DNA of 64,000 bases from an uncultured Candidatus Rokubacteria bacterium (GCA_963771355.1 CAVYTA010000007.1:608001-672000); one strand, 5' to 3'; shown: positions 27,971 to 38,486, counted from the first letter of the stretch. Program-made: numbers and translations. The notes: generated from the sequence alone by a model not told the origin.

Positions 27971-28599
27971 CGCGCCGCCGATTCGCCGTTGTTCTGGCTC
28001 TGGCTGTCCTGTGGAGCGCGCTGGGCTCCGCAACGGCCCCTGCCCAGCCTGATCGCGTCATCGTGGCATTCGGCGACAGCCTCACCGCGGGACAGGGGGT
28101 CGCCCCCGATGAGAGCTATCCCGCGCTCCTCGCCGCCAAGCTCCGCACCGAGGGCTACTCGTACCGCGTGGTCAACGCCGGCGTGTCCGGCGACACCACC
28201 GCGGGCGGCCTGCGCCGCGTGGACTGGGCGCTGAAAAACAAGCCCGACATCGTGCTGCTCGAGCTGGGCGCCAACGACGCCTTCCGCGGCCAGGATCTCG
28301 ACCGCGTGCGCGCCAACCTCGACGCGATGGTGACCCGCTTCGAAGCCGGCGGCGCGCGGGTGCTCCTCCTGGGCATGCGGCTGCCGCCGAACTACGGCGC
28401 GGGCTACGCCGGGCGCTTCGAGAAGGTCTACGCGGAGGTGGCGGAGCGCCGCAAGGTCGCCTTCATGCCGTTCTTTCTCGACGGGGTCGGCGCCGTCGCG
28501 CGGCTCAACCAGCCGGACGGCATTCATCCCACCGCGGCCGGCTACCGCATCATCGTCGAGCGGCTCTGGCCGTACCTGGAGCCCTTGCTGCGGCGCTAA
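27967..28599 (+). CDS. tesA: Arylesterase / acyl-CoA thioesterase I (GDSL/SGNH)
   Basis: FGDSLTAG, NAGVSGDT, ELGAND, DGIHP. Confidence 0.88.
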   Translation: MTRRRFAVVLALAVLWSALGSATAPAQPDRVIVAFGDSLTAGQGVAPDESYPALLAAKLRTEGYSYRVVNAGVSGDTTAGGLRRVDWALKNKPDIVLLELGANDAFRGQDLDRVRANLDAMVTRFEAGGARVLLLGMRLPPNYGAGYAGRFEKVYAEVAERRKVAFMPFFLDGVGAVARLNQPDGIHPTAAGYRIIVERLWPYLEPLLRR

Positions 28600-28601
28600 C
28601 G

Positions 28602-28630
28602 TTGATTTGCTGCGGCTTTCGGCCTAGGAT
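28602..28630 (+). promoter_or_regulatory. sigma70-type promoter
   Basis: TTGATT-N17-TAGGAT. Confidence 0.55.
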
Positions 28631-28688
28631 GTGGCCGGCAGCGTAGCCCGCATTTGACCCGAACGCCGACCCTCAGTCAGGGGGATCC

Positions 28689-31600
28689 ATGACCACGAAG
28701 CACGACGCGTTCTCGCTGGACGCCAAGTACACCCAGGAAGACGGCACCGTCTTCCTTTCCGGTATCCAGGCGCTGGTTCGCCTGCCCCTCGATCAGCACC
28801 GAGGCGACCGCCGCCGCGGCCTCCGCACCGCCACCTTCATCTCCGGCTATCGCGGCTCGCCCCTGGGCGGGCTGGACCAGACGCTGGAGCGCTACGCGAA
28901 GCTCTTGACCGAGCACCACGTGGTGTTCTCCTCCGGGCTCAACGAGGATCTGGGCGCCACCGCCGTGTTCGGCAGCCAGATGGTCAATTCCTTCCCGCGG
29001 CCCAAGTACGACGGCGTGCTCGGCATGTGGTACGGCAAGGCCCCTGGGGTGGACCGGACCGGCGACGTGTTCAAGCATGCGAACTACGCGGGGGTGGGGA
29101 AGAACGGCGGCGTGCTGGCCCTGGCCGGCGACGATCCCATCTCCAAGTCGTCCACCTTGCCCAGCCACTCCGAGTGGGCGCTGGCGGACGCCTTCATGCC
29201 CACGCTCTACCCGGGCAACGTGCAGGAGATCCTGGACCTGGGCCTGCACGGCTTCATGCTCTCGCGCGTCTCCGGGCTCTGGGCGGCCCTGAAGATCGTG
29301 ACCAACGTGGCCGACGAGACGGGCACCATCGAGGTCGGGCTCGACCGCGTCCAGCCCGTGATCCCCACCGTGGAGCTGGACGGCAAGCCCTTCCAGCACC
29401 AGATCAACCTGAACATCATCCCGCCCTATGGGCTGGACATGGAGCGCACGCTCCACCTGGCCCGGCTCGAGCTGGCCCGCCGCTACGCGTGGGAGAACAA
29501 GCTCAACCGCATCACGGTGCCCACGCCGGACGCGTGGCTCGGGATCCTCACCACCGGCAAGACCTACTACGACGTGCGCCAGGCTTTCGAGGAGCTGGGC
29601 CTGGACGAGGCCGCCCTCCGCCGCTACGGCGTCCGCATCCTCCAGATGGGGCTCATGTACCCGATGGAGCCGCGCATCATCCGCGAGTTCGCCCGCGGTC
29701 TCGAGGAGATCCTCGTGGTCGAGGAGAAGCGGCCCTTCCTCGAGATGGCGGCCAAGGACGTGCTCTACGGCTGGCCGGATCGGCCGCGGGTGGTGGGCAA
29801 GCAGGACGAGGAGGAGCGCGCGCTCATTCCCTCCACCGGCGAGCTGGATTCCGACACCATCGCGCGCGCGCTGGCCCGGCGGCTGGGGCGGAAGGCGCGC
29901 ATCGAGTCCGTGGAGGCGCGCATCCAGCACCTGGACGAGCTGAAGCGCCGGCCGCGCACGCTCACGCTGGCGCGCACCGCCTTCTTCTGCTCGGGCTGCC
30001 CGCACAACCGCTCCACCGTGGTGCCGGCGGGCGCGGTGGCGGCGGCGGGCATCGGCTGCCACGGCATGGCCATGGGCATGGACCGCGGCATCATCGGCGT
30101 CACCCACATGGGCGGCGAGGGCGCGCAGTGGGTGGGCATCGCGCCCTTCACCGAGACGCCGCACATGTTCCAGAACATCGGCGACGGCACGCTCTTCCAC
30201 TCGGGCAAGCTCGCCATCGACTACGCGGTGGCGGCCGGCGTCAACATCACCTACAAGATTCTCTACAACGCGGCGGTGGCGATGACGGGGGGGCAGACCG
30301 CCGCGGGCGCCATCGGCATCCCCGCCCTCACCCGTCAGCTGCAGGCGGAAGGGGTCAAGAAGATCCTCATCACCACCGACGACCCCGGCAAGTACAAGGG
30401 CGTGCCGGTGGCGGCGGAGGTGTGGCACCGCGACCGGCTCATCGAGGCGCAGTCCCTCCTGGCCGCCACCCCGGGCGTCACCGTGCTCATCCACGACCAG
30501 CAATGCGCGGCGGAGAAGCGGCGGCTGCGGAAGCGCGGGCGTCAGGCCGATCCCGAGCAGCGCGTGTTCATCAACGAGCGAGTCTGCGAGGGCTGCGGCG
30601 ACTGCGGCAAGAAGTCGAACTGCCTCTCGGTGCAGCCGGTGGAGACCGAGTTCGGCCGCAAGACCCAGATCCACCAGTCCTCCTGCAACAAGGACTACTC
30701 CTGCCTGCTCGGCGACTGCCCGTCGTTCCTCACCGTAGAGCACGTGGGCGAGCCGATGAAGAAGGAGAAGCGGCTGCCCGCGCTGGACGCGGAGCTGCCC
30801 GAGCCTACCGTCAAGGTGCGCACCGACGGCTTCGCCGTCCACATGATGGGCATCGGCGGCACCGGGGTGGTGACGGTGAGCCAGATCCTCGGTACCGCGG
30901 CGCTGCTCGACGGGCGGCACGTGCGCGGGCTCGATCAGACGGGACTCAGCCAGAAGGGCGGCCCCGTCGTCTCCGACCTCAAGATCTCGTCGCAGCCCCT
31001 GGTGACCGCCAACAAGGTGTCGGCGGGCGGCTCCGACCTCTACCTGGGCTTCGACCTGCTGGTGGCCACCGATCCCAACAACCTCGACAAGGCGGAGTCG
31101 GGACGCACCGTGGCCGTCGTCTCCACCAGCCAGATCCCCACCGGGCAGATGGTGGTGGACACCGCCGTGCACTTCCCCGAGCTGGCCAGCACCTTGCTCA
31201 ATATCGACCGCGTCACCCGCAAGGACGACAACGTCTACCTGGACGCCCAGGCGATGGCGGAAGGTCTCTTCAACGACCACATGGCGACCAACCCCCTCAT
31301 GCTCGGCGCGGCCTATCAGACGGGGGCGCTCCCGATCTCGGCGGAAAGCATCGAGCGCGCCATCCGCCTCAACGGCGTCTCGGTGGAGATGAACCTCCTC
31401 GCCTTCCGCTGGGGGCGCATGGCGGTGGTCGACGCCAAGCGCGTGGAGGCGGCGGTGCGCACCGCCACCGGCCGCGAGGTGACGCCGATCGCGCTGGACC
31501 CCGACGCCCTCGCCCTGGTCGACTCGATCAAGGCGGCGGCGGCCGGCACCGAGCTGCGGCGCCTGCTCGAGCGGCGCGTGCCCGAGCTGATCGCGTACCA

Positions 31601-32180
31601 GGATCTGCCCTACGCGCGGCGGTACGTGGAGATGGTGGAGAAGGTGGCGCAGGCGGAGATCCAGAAGGTACCGGACCGATCTGGGCTGGCGGAGGCGGTG
31701 GCGCGGAACCTGTTCAAGCTCATGGCCTACAAGGACGAGTACGAGGTGGCCCGGCTGCATCTCGAGGCCACCCTCGAGGCCGAGCTCCGCGCCCGCTTCG
31801 GCGAGCGCATCCGCTACGCGTGGCACCTGCACCCGCCGCTGTTCCGCGCGCTGGGGCTCAAGAAGAAGCTCAAGCTCGGCCCCTGGTTCCGGCCCGTCTT
31901 CCGCGCCCTCTACGCCTTCCGCCGGCTGCGCGGCAGCCCGCTCGACCCCTTCGGCTACGCGGAGGTGCGGCGGGTGGAGCGGGCGCTCGTGGACGAATAC
32001 ACCCGGCTCGTGGAGTCGGCGCTGCGCCGGCTTGGCCCCGCCACCCACGACGCGGCGGTGGCGCTGGCGGAGCTCCCCGACATGATCCGCGGCTACGAGC
32101 ACATCAAGCTCGACAACGTGAAGCGGTTCCGCGAGGCGGCCCAACCGCTCGTCGCGAAGGTCACACAACAACCTGCATGA
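28689..32180 (+). CDS. Indolepyruvate ferredoxin oxidoreductase family, fused alpha/beta
   Basis: SGYRGSPLGG, FCSGCPHN, GDGT, CEGCGDC, GIGGTGVVT, AYKDEYEVARL. Confidence 0.93.
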   Translation: MTTKHDAFSLDAKYTQEDGTVFLSGIQALVRLPLDQHRGDRRRGLRTATFISGYRGSPLGGLDQTLERYAKLLTEHHVVFSSGLNEDLGATAVFGSQMVNSFPRPKYDGVLGMWYGKAPGVDRTGDVFKHANYAGVGKNGGVLALAGDDPISKSSTLPSHSEWALADAFMPTLYPGNVQEILDLGLHGFMLSRVSGLWAALKIVTNVADETGTIEVGLDRVQPVIPTVELDGKPFQHQINLNIIPPYGLDMERTLHLARLELARRYAWENKLNRITVPTPDAWLGILTTGKTYYDVRQAFEELGLDEAALRRYGVRILQMGLMYPMEPRIIREFARGLEEILVVEEKRPFLEMAAKDVLYGWPDRPRVVGKQDEEERALIPSTGELDSDTIARALARRLGRKARIESVEARIQHLDELKRRPRTLTLARTAFFCSGCPHNRSTVVPAGAVAAAGIGCHGMAMGMDRGIIGVTHMGGEGAQWVGIAPFTETPHMFQNIGDGTLFHSGKLAIDYAVAAGVNITYKILYNAAVAMTGGQTAAGAIGIPALTRQLQAEGVKKILITTDDPGKYKGVPVAAEVWHRDRLIEAQSLLAATPGVTVLIHDQQCAAEKRRLRKRGRQADPEQRVFINERVCEGCGDCGKKSNCLSVQPVETEFGRKTQIHQSSCNKDYSCLLGDCPSFLTVEHVGEPMKKEKRLPALDAELPEPTVKVRTDGFAVHMMGIGGTGVVTVSQILGTAALLDGRHVRGLDQTGLSQKGGPVVSDLKISSQPLVTANKVSAGGSDLYLGFDLLVATDPNNLDKAESGRTVAVVSTSQIPTGQMVVDTAVHFPELASTLLNIDRVTRKDDNVYLDAQAMAEGLFNDHMATNPLMLGAAYQTGALPISAESIERAIRLNGVSVEMNLLAFRWGRMAVVDAKRVEAAVRTATGREVTPIALDPDALALVDSIKAAAAGTELRRLLERRVPELIAYQDLPYARRYVEMVEKVAQAEIQKVPDRSGLAEAVARNLFKLMAYKDEYEVARLHLEATLEAELRARFGERIRYAWHLHPPLFRALGLKKKLKLGPWFRPVFRALYAFRRLRGSPLDPFGYAEVRRVERALVDEYTRLVESALRRLGPATHDAAVALAELPDMIRGYEHIKLDNVKRFREAAQPLVAKVTQQPA

Positions 32181-32199
32181 CCGGGGAGGGCTCTCAACG

Positions 32200-32730
32200 G
32201 TGAGACGGCTGCTGGTGGTCGGCTTGGCGGTGACGCTGGCGGGGTGCGCGGCGATGAGGGCGGAGAAGGAACCGCCCGCGTCGTTGTCGGCGGAGGCGAC
32301 GCTCAAGGACAAGGACGGCAAGCAGGTGGGGGTGGCGACCCTGATCCAGCAGCCGGACGGCGTGCGGATCGCGTTGACGGGCTATCGCCTCCCGCCCGGG
32401 GACAAGGGCCTGCACATCCACGCGGTGGGCGTGTGCCAGCCGCCCGAGTTCACGTCCTCGATGGCGCACTTCAACCCGGGCGGGAAGAAGCACGGCATGG
32501 AGAGCCCGGAGGGTCCGCACGCGGGTGACCTGCCGAATCTCAAAGTTGCGGCCAATGGCGAGGGCGGGATCGACTACGTCAACAAGCTGGTCACGCTCGG
32601 ACCCGGGCCCAACTCGCTCCTGGGCGAGAACGGCACCGCCATCATCGTGCACGCGGCGGCCGACGACATGAAGACCGACCCCACCGGCAATAGCGGCGGG
32701 CGCATCGCCTGCGGCGTCATCGTCAAGTAG
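32200..32730 (+). CDS. sodC: Cu/Zn superoxide dismutase, lipoprotein
   Basis: LAGC; GLHIH, HFNP, KHG, HAGDL, IVH, GGRIACG. Confidence 0.92.
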   Translation: MRRLLVVGLAVTLAGCAAMRAEKEPPASLSAEATLKDKDGKQVGVATLIQQPDGVRIALTGYRLPPGDKGLHIHAVGVCQPPEFTSSMAHFNPGGKKHGMESPEGPHAGDLPNLKVAANGEGGIDYVNKLVTLGPGPNSLLGENGTAIIVHAAADDMKTDPTGNSGGRIACGVIVK

Positions 32731-32742
32731 ACGCGCGCCGAT

Positions 32743-32789
32743 CGCCGGCGACCTCGTCCCGACGCCGATCCAGGACGGGGTCGCCGGCG
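32743..32789. terminator. GC-rich inverted repeat after sodC
   Basis: CGCCGGCGACCTCGTCC / GGACGGGGTCGCCGGCG 17-bp stem; no U-tract. Confidence 0.5.
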
Positions 32790-32935
32790 CCCGCGTAGGC
32801 CCCCGCCGGCGGCAAGGCTAAGAGCGGTCGCCCGCGCAGATGGCCATCCCGCCCTCAGGCTGAGCGTGAGTCCTTCGAGCTACGCGCAGGGCTCGCGGTT
32901 GAGTGCGGGTCAGGCCACAGAATAGGGAGCGCACC

Positions 32936-33349
32936 TTGGCCGCAACCATTCTCATGGTTCTCAGTGCGAGCATCATGTGTACGCTCGGAGTCCTTCACCT
33001 CGTCTATACGTTCTGGGGGCCAAAGCTCACACCGCGTGACCACGCGCTGCAAGTCAGCATGAGCCGGATTTCACCTGTCATCACGAAGGAAACAACCATG
33101 TGGCGGGCCTGGGTGGGCTTCAATGTCAGCCACAGCATGGGGGCGATCTTGTTCGGCTTGGTGTTCGGCTTTCTGGCGTTGGCTCACGGCCCCCTCCTCT
33201 TCCAGTCACCGTTCCTGCTCATTGTCGGGCTGGCAATGCTTGGCGGCTTTGTCGTGCTCGGCAAGGTGTATTGGTTCAGTGCGCCGTTCCGGGGCATCAG
33301 CATGTCGCTGGCCTGCTATGTCGCCAGCATCGCGCTATCGCGGGCCTGA
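32936..33349 (+). CDS. Conserved hypothetical membrane protein
   Basis: HLVYTFWG, MWRAWVGFNVSHSMG; SD AGGGAG before TTG. Confidence 0.7.
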   Translation: MAATILMVLSASIMCTLGVLHLVYTFWGPKLTPRDHALQVSMSRISPVITKETTMWRAWVGFNVSHSMGAILFGLVFGFLALAHGPLLFQSPFLLIVGLAMLGGFVVLGKVYWFSAPFRGISMSLACYVASIALSRA

Positions 33350-33353
33350 CACA

Positions 33354-34286
33354 GTGTCGAGCGAGCGAAAGGCGGGGAAGGTCCTGAAGGGCAAAGTGGC
33401 GCTGGTGGCCGGGGCAACGCGCGGCGCGGGCCGCGGCATCGCGGTGGAGCTGGGCGCGGCGGGGGCCACGGTGTACGTCACCGGACGCACCACGCGCACG
33501 CGACCGTCCGAGCTGAACCGTCCCGAAACGATCGAAGAGACGGCCGAGCTGGTGCAGCAGGCGGGCGGCCAGGGTATTGCCGTGCCCGTCGATCATCTGG
33601 AGCCGGCCCAGGTGCAAGCGCTGGTGGCGCGGATCGAGCGGGAGCAGGGTCGCCTGGATATCCTGGTCAACGATGCGTGGGGAGCGGACTTCTTGATCGA
33701 GTGGAACGTGCCCGTGTGGAAGCACTCCCTGGACGGGGGGCTGCGCATGCTGCGCCTCGCCATCGACACGCATCTCATCACCAGCCACTTCGCACTCCCG
33801 CTCTTGATCAAGAATCCGGGCGGACTGGTCGTCGAGATGACGGACGGCACCGCCGAATACAACAATGCCAACTACCGGCTGTCGCTGTTCTATGACCTCG
33901 CCAAGACCTCGGTCATTCGCATGGCGTGGGCGCAGGCGCACGAGCTTCGGCCCCATCAGTGCACCGCCGTTGCCCTGAGTCCGGGCTGGCTGCGCTCGGA
34001 GCAAATGCTGGAGAACTACGGGGTCAGTGAAGCGAACTGGCGTGATGCCACCGCGAAGCAACCGCACTTCGTCATCACCGAGACGCCACGGTACGTCGGG
34101 CGTGCCGTGGCCGCCCTCGCCGCCGATCCCGAGGTGGCGCGCTGGAGTGGTCAGTCGCTTTCCAGTGGGCAGCTGGCCAAGGTCTATGGCTTCACCGATC
34201 TGGATGGGTCTCAGCCCGATGCGTGGCGCTACGTTCGTGAGGTCCAGGATGCCGGTAAACCCGCCGATGCGACCGGGTACCGGTAG
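33354..34286 (+). CDS. SDR oxidoreductase (DHRS1-like)
   Basis: AGATRGAGRG, LVND, YDLAK, PGWLRSE. Confidence 0.88.
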   Translation: MSSERKAGKVLKGKVALVAGATRGAGRGIAVELGAAGATVYVTGRTTRTRPSELNRPETIEETAELVQQAGGQGIAVPVDHLEPAQVQALVARIEREQGRLDILVNDAWGADFLIEWNVPVWKHSLDGGLRMLRLAIDTHLITSHFALPLLIKNPGGLVVEMTDGTAEYNNANYRLSLFYDLAKTSVIRMAWAQAHELRPHQCTAVALSPGWLRSEQMLENYGVSEANWRDATAKQPHFVITETPRYVGRAVAALAADPEVARWSGQSLSSGQLAKVYGFTDLDGSQPDAWRYVREVQDAGKPADATGYR

Positions 34287-34303
34287 TCGCGCCGCGTGAG
34301 CTG

Positions 34304-34636
34304 ATGGCACCATGGACGTCTGCTCGACGACTGTTCGGGGTGGCCGTGATCGCGTATGGCCTGGGATTCCTCGGTTGGTTGTTTTGGCCCACGTTTCACA
34401 AGTCCTTCCTCGGGAGTGTGGTGGGGATTCCGCCGTTCTCGATTTACGTCTTCGAGCACTTCGGAGTGCCGGGGCTTACCGATCGCAGCCGTTGCGACTG
34501 GATGTGGTGCAAGCCAACGATATTCGGCATTGTCTTCACCACGGTAGTCTGGCTCGGCGTGGTGTGGCTCGTCTCACTCGGCATTGCGCACCTCAGCCGT
34601 TCGACGCGTTCACAGGGGCGTGGCGCCGATCGATGA
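34304..34636 (+). CDS. Hypothetical membrane protein
   Basis: Two to three hydrophobic segments; fills the gap in a co-oriented gene run. Confidence 0.55.
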   Translation: MAPWTSARRLFGVAVIAYGLGFLGWLFWPTFHKSFLGSVVGIPPFSIYVFEHFGVPGLTDRSRCDWMWCKPTIFGIVFTTVVWLGVVWLVSLGIAHLSRSTRSQGRGADR

Positions 34637-34665
34637 ACTCGCCGGATTGAGAGAGGAGCGCCAGG

Positions 34666-35004
34666 ATGCGGGAGCCGGTGGTGGCACGGATGTGGCAAGG
34701 GCGGACGCGAGAAGCGATCGCCGAGACCTACGCCGGATACCTCTATGAAGAAGGCGTGAAGAAGCTCAGGAGCACGCCCGGCAACTTGGGCGTCCAGGTG
34801 TTTCGAGAAGTACGCGACGGCATCGCGAGCTTCATCACGATCTCCTACTGGGGCTCGCGCGACGAGATCAGGGCCTATGCCGGCGCGGACATCGAGAGGA
34901 CGCACCACCTTCCGAAGGACGCCGAGTACCTTCTCGAGCTTCCCCCGACGGTCCGCCACTTCGATATCCTCGTCAACGAGTGGAGCGCAGAAGGGCCCGC
35001 GTGA
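34666..35004 (+). CDS. ABM/dimeric alpha-beta barrel protein
   Basis: ARMWQGRT, PGNLGV, YW..IRAYAGADIE; SD GAGGAG. Confidence 0.78.
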   Translation: MREPVVARMWQGRTREAIAETYAGYLYEEGVKKLRSTPGNLGVQVFREVRDGIASFITISYWGSRDEIRAYAGADIERTHHLPKDAEYLLELPPTVRHFDILVNEWSAEGPA

Positions 35005-35483
35005 CCGGAGCGGCCAAGCGGCGCGTCGGCCTCATCTCGGACACGCATGGTCTGCTCCGGCCGGAGGCGGTCGCGTTCCTGCGCGGCAGCGATCGGATCG
35101 TTCACGGAGGCGACATCGGGAGCGAGGGCGTTCTCCACGAGCTCGCCGCCCTCGCTCCGGTCACCGCCGTCCGCGGGAACAACGATACGGGCCCCTGGGC
35201 CGGAGCGGTGCCGCCGACCGGGGTGCTCCAGGTCGGCGAGGTATTCATCTATGTCGTGCACGATCTCGGCGATCTGGACCTGGATCCCGTGGCCGCCGGG
35301 TTCCAGGTGGTGGTCTCAGGGCATTCGCATCGGCCGTCCGTGATGGAGCGCGATGGGGTGCTCTACGTCAATCCCGGCAGCTCGGGCCCGCGGCGCTTCA
35401 AGCTCCCGATCACGGTGGGCGAGCTCACGGTGGTCGACAACGCGGTCAGCGCGCGAGTGGTGGAGCTCGACGTGGGGAGGTGA
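35001..35483 (+). CDS. YfcE-family metallophosphoesterase
   Basis: ISDTHG, HGGDIG, RGNND, GHSH, NPGS. Confidence 0.9.
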   Translation: MTGAAKRRVGLISDTHGLLRPEAVAFLRGSDRIVHGGDIGSEGVLHELAALAPVTAVRGNNDTGPWAGAVPPTGVLQVGEVFIYVVHDLGDLDLDPVAAGFQVVVSGHSHRPSVMERDGVLYVNPGSSGPRRFKLPITVGELTVVDNAVSARVVELDVGR

Positions 35484-36260
35484 TGGCGCGCATGAGGTCG
35501 GAGCCTCCCGCGTCTGTCGTCGAGTTCTACGACGCCCTCGCCCCCTGGTATCACCTGGTCTATCGGGATTGGGAGGCCGGCATCGCGCGGCAGGGGGACG
35601 CGCTGGCCGCGCTCCTGGCCGCCGAGTGGGGAGACGGCGTCCGCCGGCTCCTCGACGTGACCATGGGGGTGGGGACCCAGGCGCTGGGTCTCGCCGCCCG
35701 GGGCTATCAGGTGATCGGGTCCGACCTTTCGTCCTCGTCGGTTCGGCGTGCCGGTGCGGAGGCCACCCGGCGTGGGCTCACGCTGCGGGGCTACGTGGCC
35801 GACGTCCGCGCCCTGGCCGCACGGCACGGGCTCGGCCGATGCGGTGCTCGCATGCGACAACGCGCTGCCGCACCTCCTGTCCGAGGACGAGATCCGGGTC
35901 GCGCTCGGCGAGTGCCTCCGGTGCCTGCGCCCCGGCGGCGGGTGCGTGATCTCGCTGCGCGACTACGGGCCGGCCCCGGCGCCCGGCACCGAGGAGATCA
36001 AGGACTATGGGAACCGCGTCTGGGAGGGCCGCGCCTGCCGCTTCCGCCAGATCTGGCGCTGGCGCGGCCCGATCTACGACCTGGTTTTCGAGCTCGTGGC
36101 GACGGGCGACTCGCCCGAGGTGATCATGCGCACGCCGCCCACGACCTACTTCGCGGTGCCGGTCGCTCGCGTGGCGGCCCTCATGGAGGCGGTGGGGTTC
36201 TTGCGCGTTCGCCGGGTGGACGGCTGCCTCTTCCAGCCCGTCCTGGTCGGCACCCGATGA
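35483..36260 (+). CDS. Class I SAM-dependent methyltransferase; frameshift at about 35826
   Basis: FYDALAPWYHLVY, LLDVTMGVGTQ; second frame DAVLACDNALPHL, LRPGG. Confidence 0.78.
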
Positions 36261-36281
36261 CTCGCGGCAAGGCGACGTGAG

Positions 36282-36600
36282 TCAGCGCCGCGCGGGGTCG
36301 CCGCCCGTGCTCGGAATCTGGATCATGGGCACCGCGCCGCCGCCGAAGGTGTACTGGGGCAGGCGGCCGGGATGAACGAGCAGCGCGAGCGCCCGGATGG
36401 AAGGGGTGAAGAAGTACCGCCCGCGGTGACGGTGACGAAGCGATCCAGTCCGATCACCACGTGGCCGTGCTCCGTGGGCAGCTTCACCTCGTGCCGCCCC
36501 GCGGGTTGGCCCACCAAGGGATCCGCGCCGGGCTCGGGCCGCACCCCGGGGGAAGTCGGGTCGATTGCCGGCGAAGACGAGAAAGCTTCGGTGCCGCGTC
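36282..36600 (-). pseudogene. Possible remnant of a DyP-type peroxidase C-terminus
   Basis: Across frameshifts: NRPDFP / PGADPLVGQ..LDRFVTVT.GG / YFFTPSIRAL. Confidence 0.4.
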
Positions 36601-36853
36601 CCGCCCTCCTCGTCCGGATATCCAGGACGAACGCGCCGACGCGCGCGTCCGCGCCGGGGGCCCCCGCTCGCCACGCTCGACGGCGCCGCGAATCCTGCCT
36701 GACGCGATGCAGCATCCGCCGGCCCGCGGCCCGGCCGCGTTCGGCATGGTGAACAGTTGTCGCCCCCGCGGCCATCGCGTATATTTGCCGCCACCATAGG
36801 GAAATGCGCGCGTCCGGTCGCTGCCGCCCGACGCGTCTCCAGGAGGAGACCGC

Positions 36854-38467
36854 ATGCGTCACACCACACTCGTCACCGCCATCGCGGGGCTGGCGCTCGC
36901 CGCCGTCACCGCGCTCCCACCCACTCCCGCCATCGGCCAGACGCCGAAGTCCGGCGGCACCCTCAACATCATGGCGCGCGAGGACCTCGCGCAGGGCTTC
37001 GCCACCCACGAGACGTCCACGGTGGCGACGAGCACGCCGTCGCTTCCCTGCTTCAGCAACCTCGTCTTCTTCGACCCCAGCAAGAAGACCGACAGCATGG
37101 ACACCATCGTCGGCGAGCTGGCCGAGAAGTGGTCCTGGCAGGACAACTACAAAAATCTCGTGTTCTTCCTGCGAAAAGACGTCAAGTGGCACGACGGCAA
37201 GCCCTTCACCTCGAAGGACGTGAAGCACACCTTCGACATGGTCCGGGAGGCGCCCGACGCCGCCGCGAAGCTACGGATCAGTCCCAGAAAAGACTGGTAT
37301 GCCAACGTCGAGCACATCGAGGCCCCTGATCCCCACACGGTGGTCTTCCGCCTGAAGCGCCCGCAGCCCTCGCTGCTCCTCATGCTCGCTTCCGGCTATT
37401 CGCCGATCTACGCCGCCCACGTGCCGCCCGCCGCGTACCGGACCGGTTGCGTGGGGACGGGCCCCTTCAAGGTGAAGGAGTGGCGGAAAGGCGAGTTCAT
37501 CGAGTACGTGAAGAACCCCGACTTCTACGTCAAGGGCCGGCCCTACCTCGACGGGATCAAGTACCTGGTCATCGTGGAGCGCGGGACCCGCACCGCCGCG
37601 CTCCAGTCCGGGCAGCTCGACGTCGCCTTCCCCGGCGAAACCGGACGCATCACCATGGAGCAGCTCAAGAAGGCCGTGCCCAGCATGGTGTTTCAGCCGG
37701 TGGCGCAGAACGTCAGCGACAACATCATCATGAACACCAAGAAGCCGCCCTTCGACAATCCCAAGGTGCGGCTGGCGGTGAGCTACGCCATCGACCGCCG
37801 CGGGCTGATCCAGGCCGCGCATCAGGGCGGCGCCGTGCTCGGGACCGCCATGGCGCCCAAGCCCTACGGTGTGTGGGGTCTGCTCGAGAAAGACCTCCTC
37901 GCCCTGCCCGGCTACGGCAAGGCCGAGGACATGAAGGCTCAGGCGAAGAAGCTCCTCGGCGAGGCCGGCATCACCGCGCAGAACCCGCTGAAGGTCGAGA
38001 TGAGCGTCCGCGCCATCGCGATCTATCTCGACATGGCCTCGTACGTGATCAACGAGCTGAAGCAGGTGGGCATCGAGGCGACGCTGAAGCAGATCGAGAC
38101 GGCGCAGTGGCATGCGACGGCGACGCGGGGCGAGTACCAGATCGGCGCCAATCTCACCGGGCTGGGCACCGACGATCCCGACGCCAACTTCTACGAGAAC
38201 TACGGCTGCGGCTCGCCGCGCAACTACAGCCAGTACTGCAGCGAGGAGATGATGAAGGCCTTCGAGCGCCAGAGCCAGGAGCTGGACCCCAAGAAGCGCG
38301 CGGCCATGGTGGTCGAGATCCAGAAGCGCCTCGAGCAGGACGCGCCGCGGCCCATCCTCGCCCAGCGGCTCGACTACTACGCGCACTGGGCGCACGTGAA
38401 GGGGCTGGTGGCGCACAACAACGTGTACAACTTCAGCCGATTCCAGGACGTGTGGCGGGACAAGTAA
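36854..38467 (+). CDS. ABC transporter substrate-binding protein, family 5 (peptide/nickel)
   Basis: Signal peptide; PKSGGTL, LRKDVKWHDGKPFTSKDV, GTGPF, PPFDNPKVR. Confidence 0.92.
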   Translation: MRHTTLVTAIAGLALAAVTALPPTPAIGQTPKSGGTLNIMAREDLAQGFATHETSTVATSTPSLPCFSNLVFFDPSKKTDSMDTIVGELAEKWSWQDNYKNLVFFLRKDVKWHDGKPFTSKDVKHTFDMVREAPDAAAKLRISPRKDWYANVEHIEAPDPHTVVFRLKRPQPSLLLMLASGYSPIYAAHVPPAAYRTGCVGTGPFKVKEWRKGEFIEYVKNPDFYVKGRPYLDGIKYLVIVERGTRTAALQSGQLDVAFPGETGRITMEQLKKAVPSMVFQPVAQNVSDNIIMNTKKPPFDNPKVRLAVSYAIDRRGLIQAAHQGGAVLGTAMAPKPYGVWGLLEKDLLALPGYGKAEDMKAQAKKLLGEAGITAQNPLKVEMSVRAIAIYLDMASYVINELKQVGIEATLKQIETAQWHATATRGEYQIGANLTGLGTDDPDANFYENYGCGSPRNYSQYCSEEMMKAFERQSQELDPKKRAAMVVEIQKRLEQDAPRPILAQRLDYYAHWAHVKGLVAHNNVYNFSRFQDVWRDK

Positions 38468-38486
38468 GGGAGCCGGGCCCGATCGC

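Noticed and set aside
28677..32321. 1214-aa minus-strand ORF and 1058-aa alternative-frame ORF
   Set aside because: Shadow ORFs of the oxidoreductase gene caused by high-GC codon bias; the same applies to most long antisense ORFs in the track.
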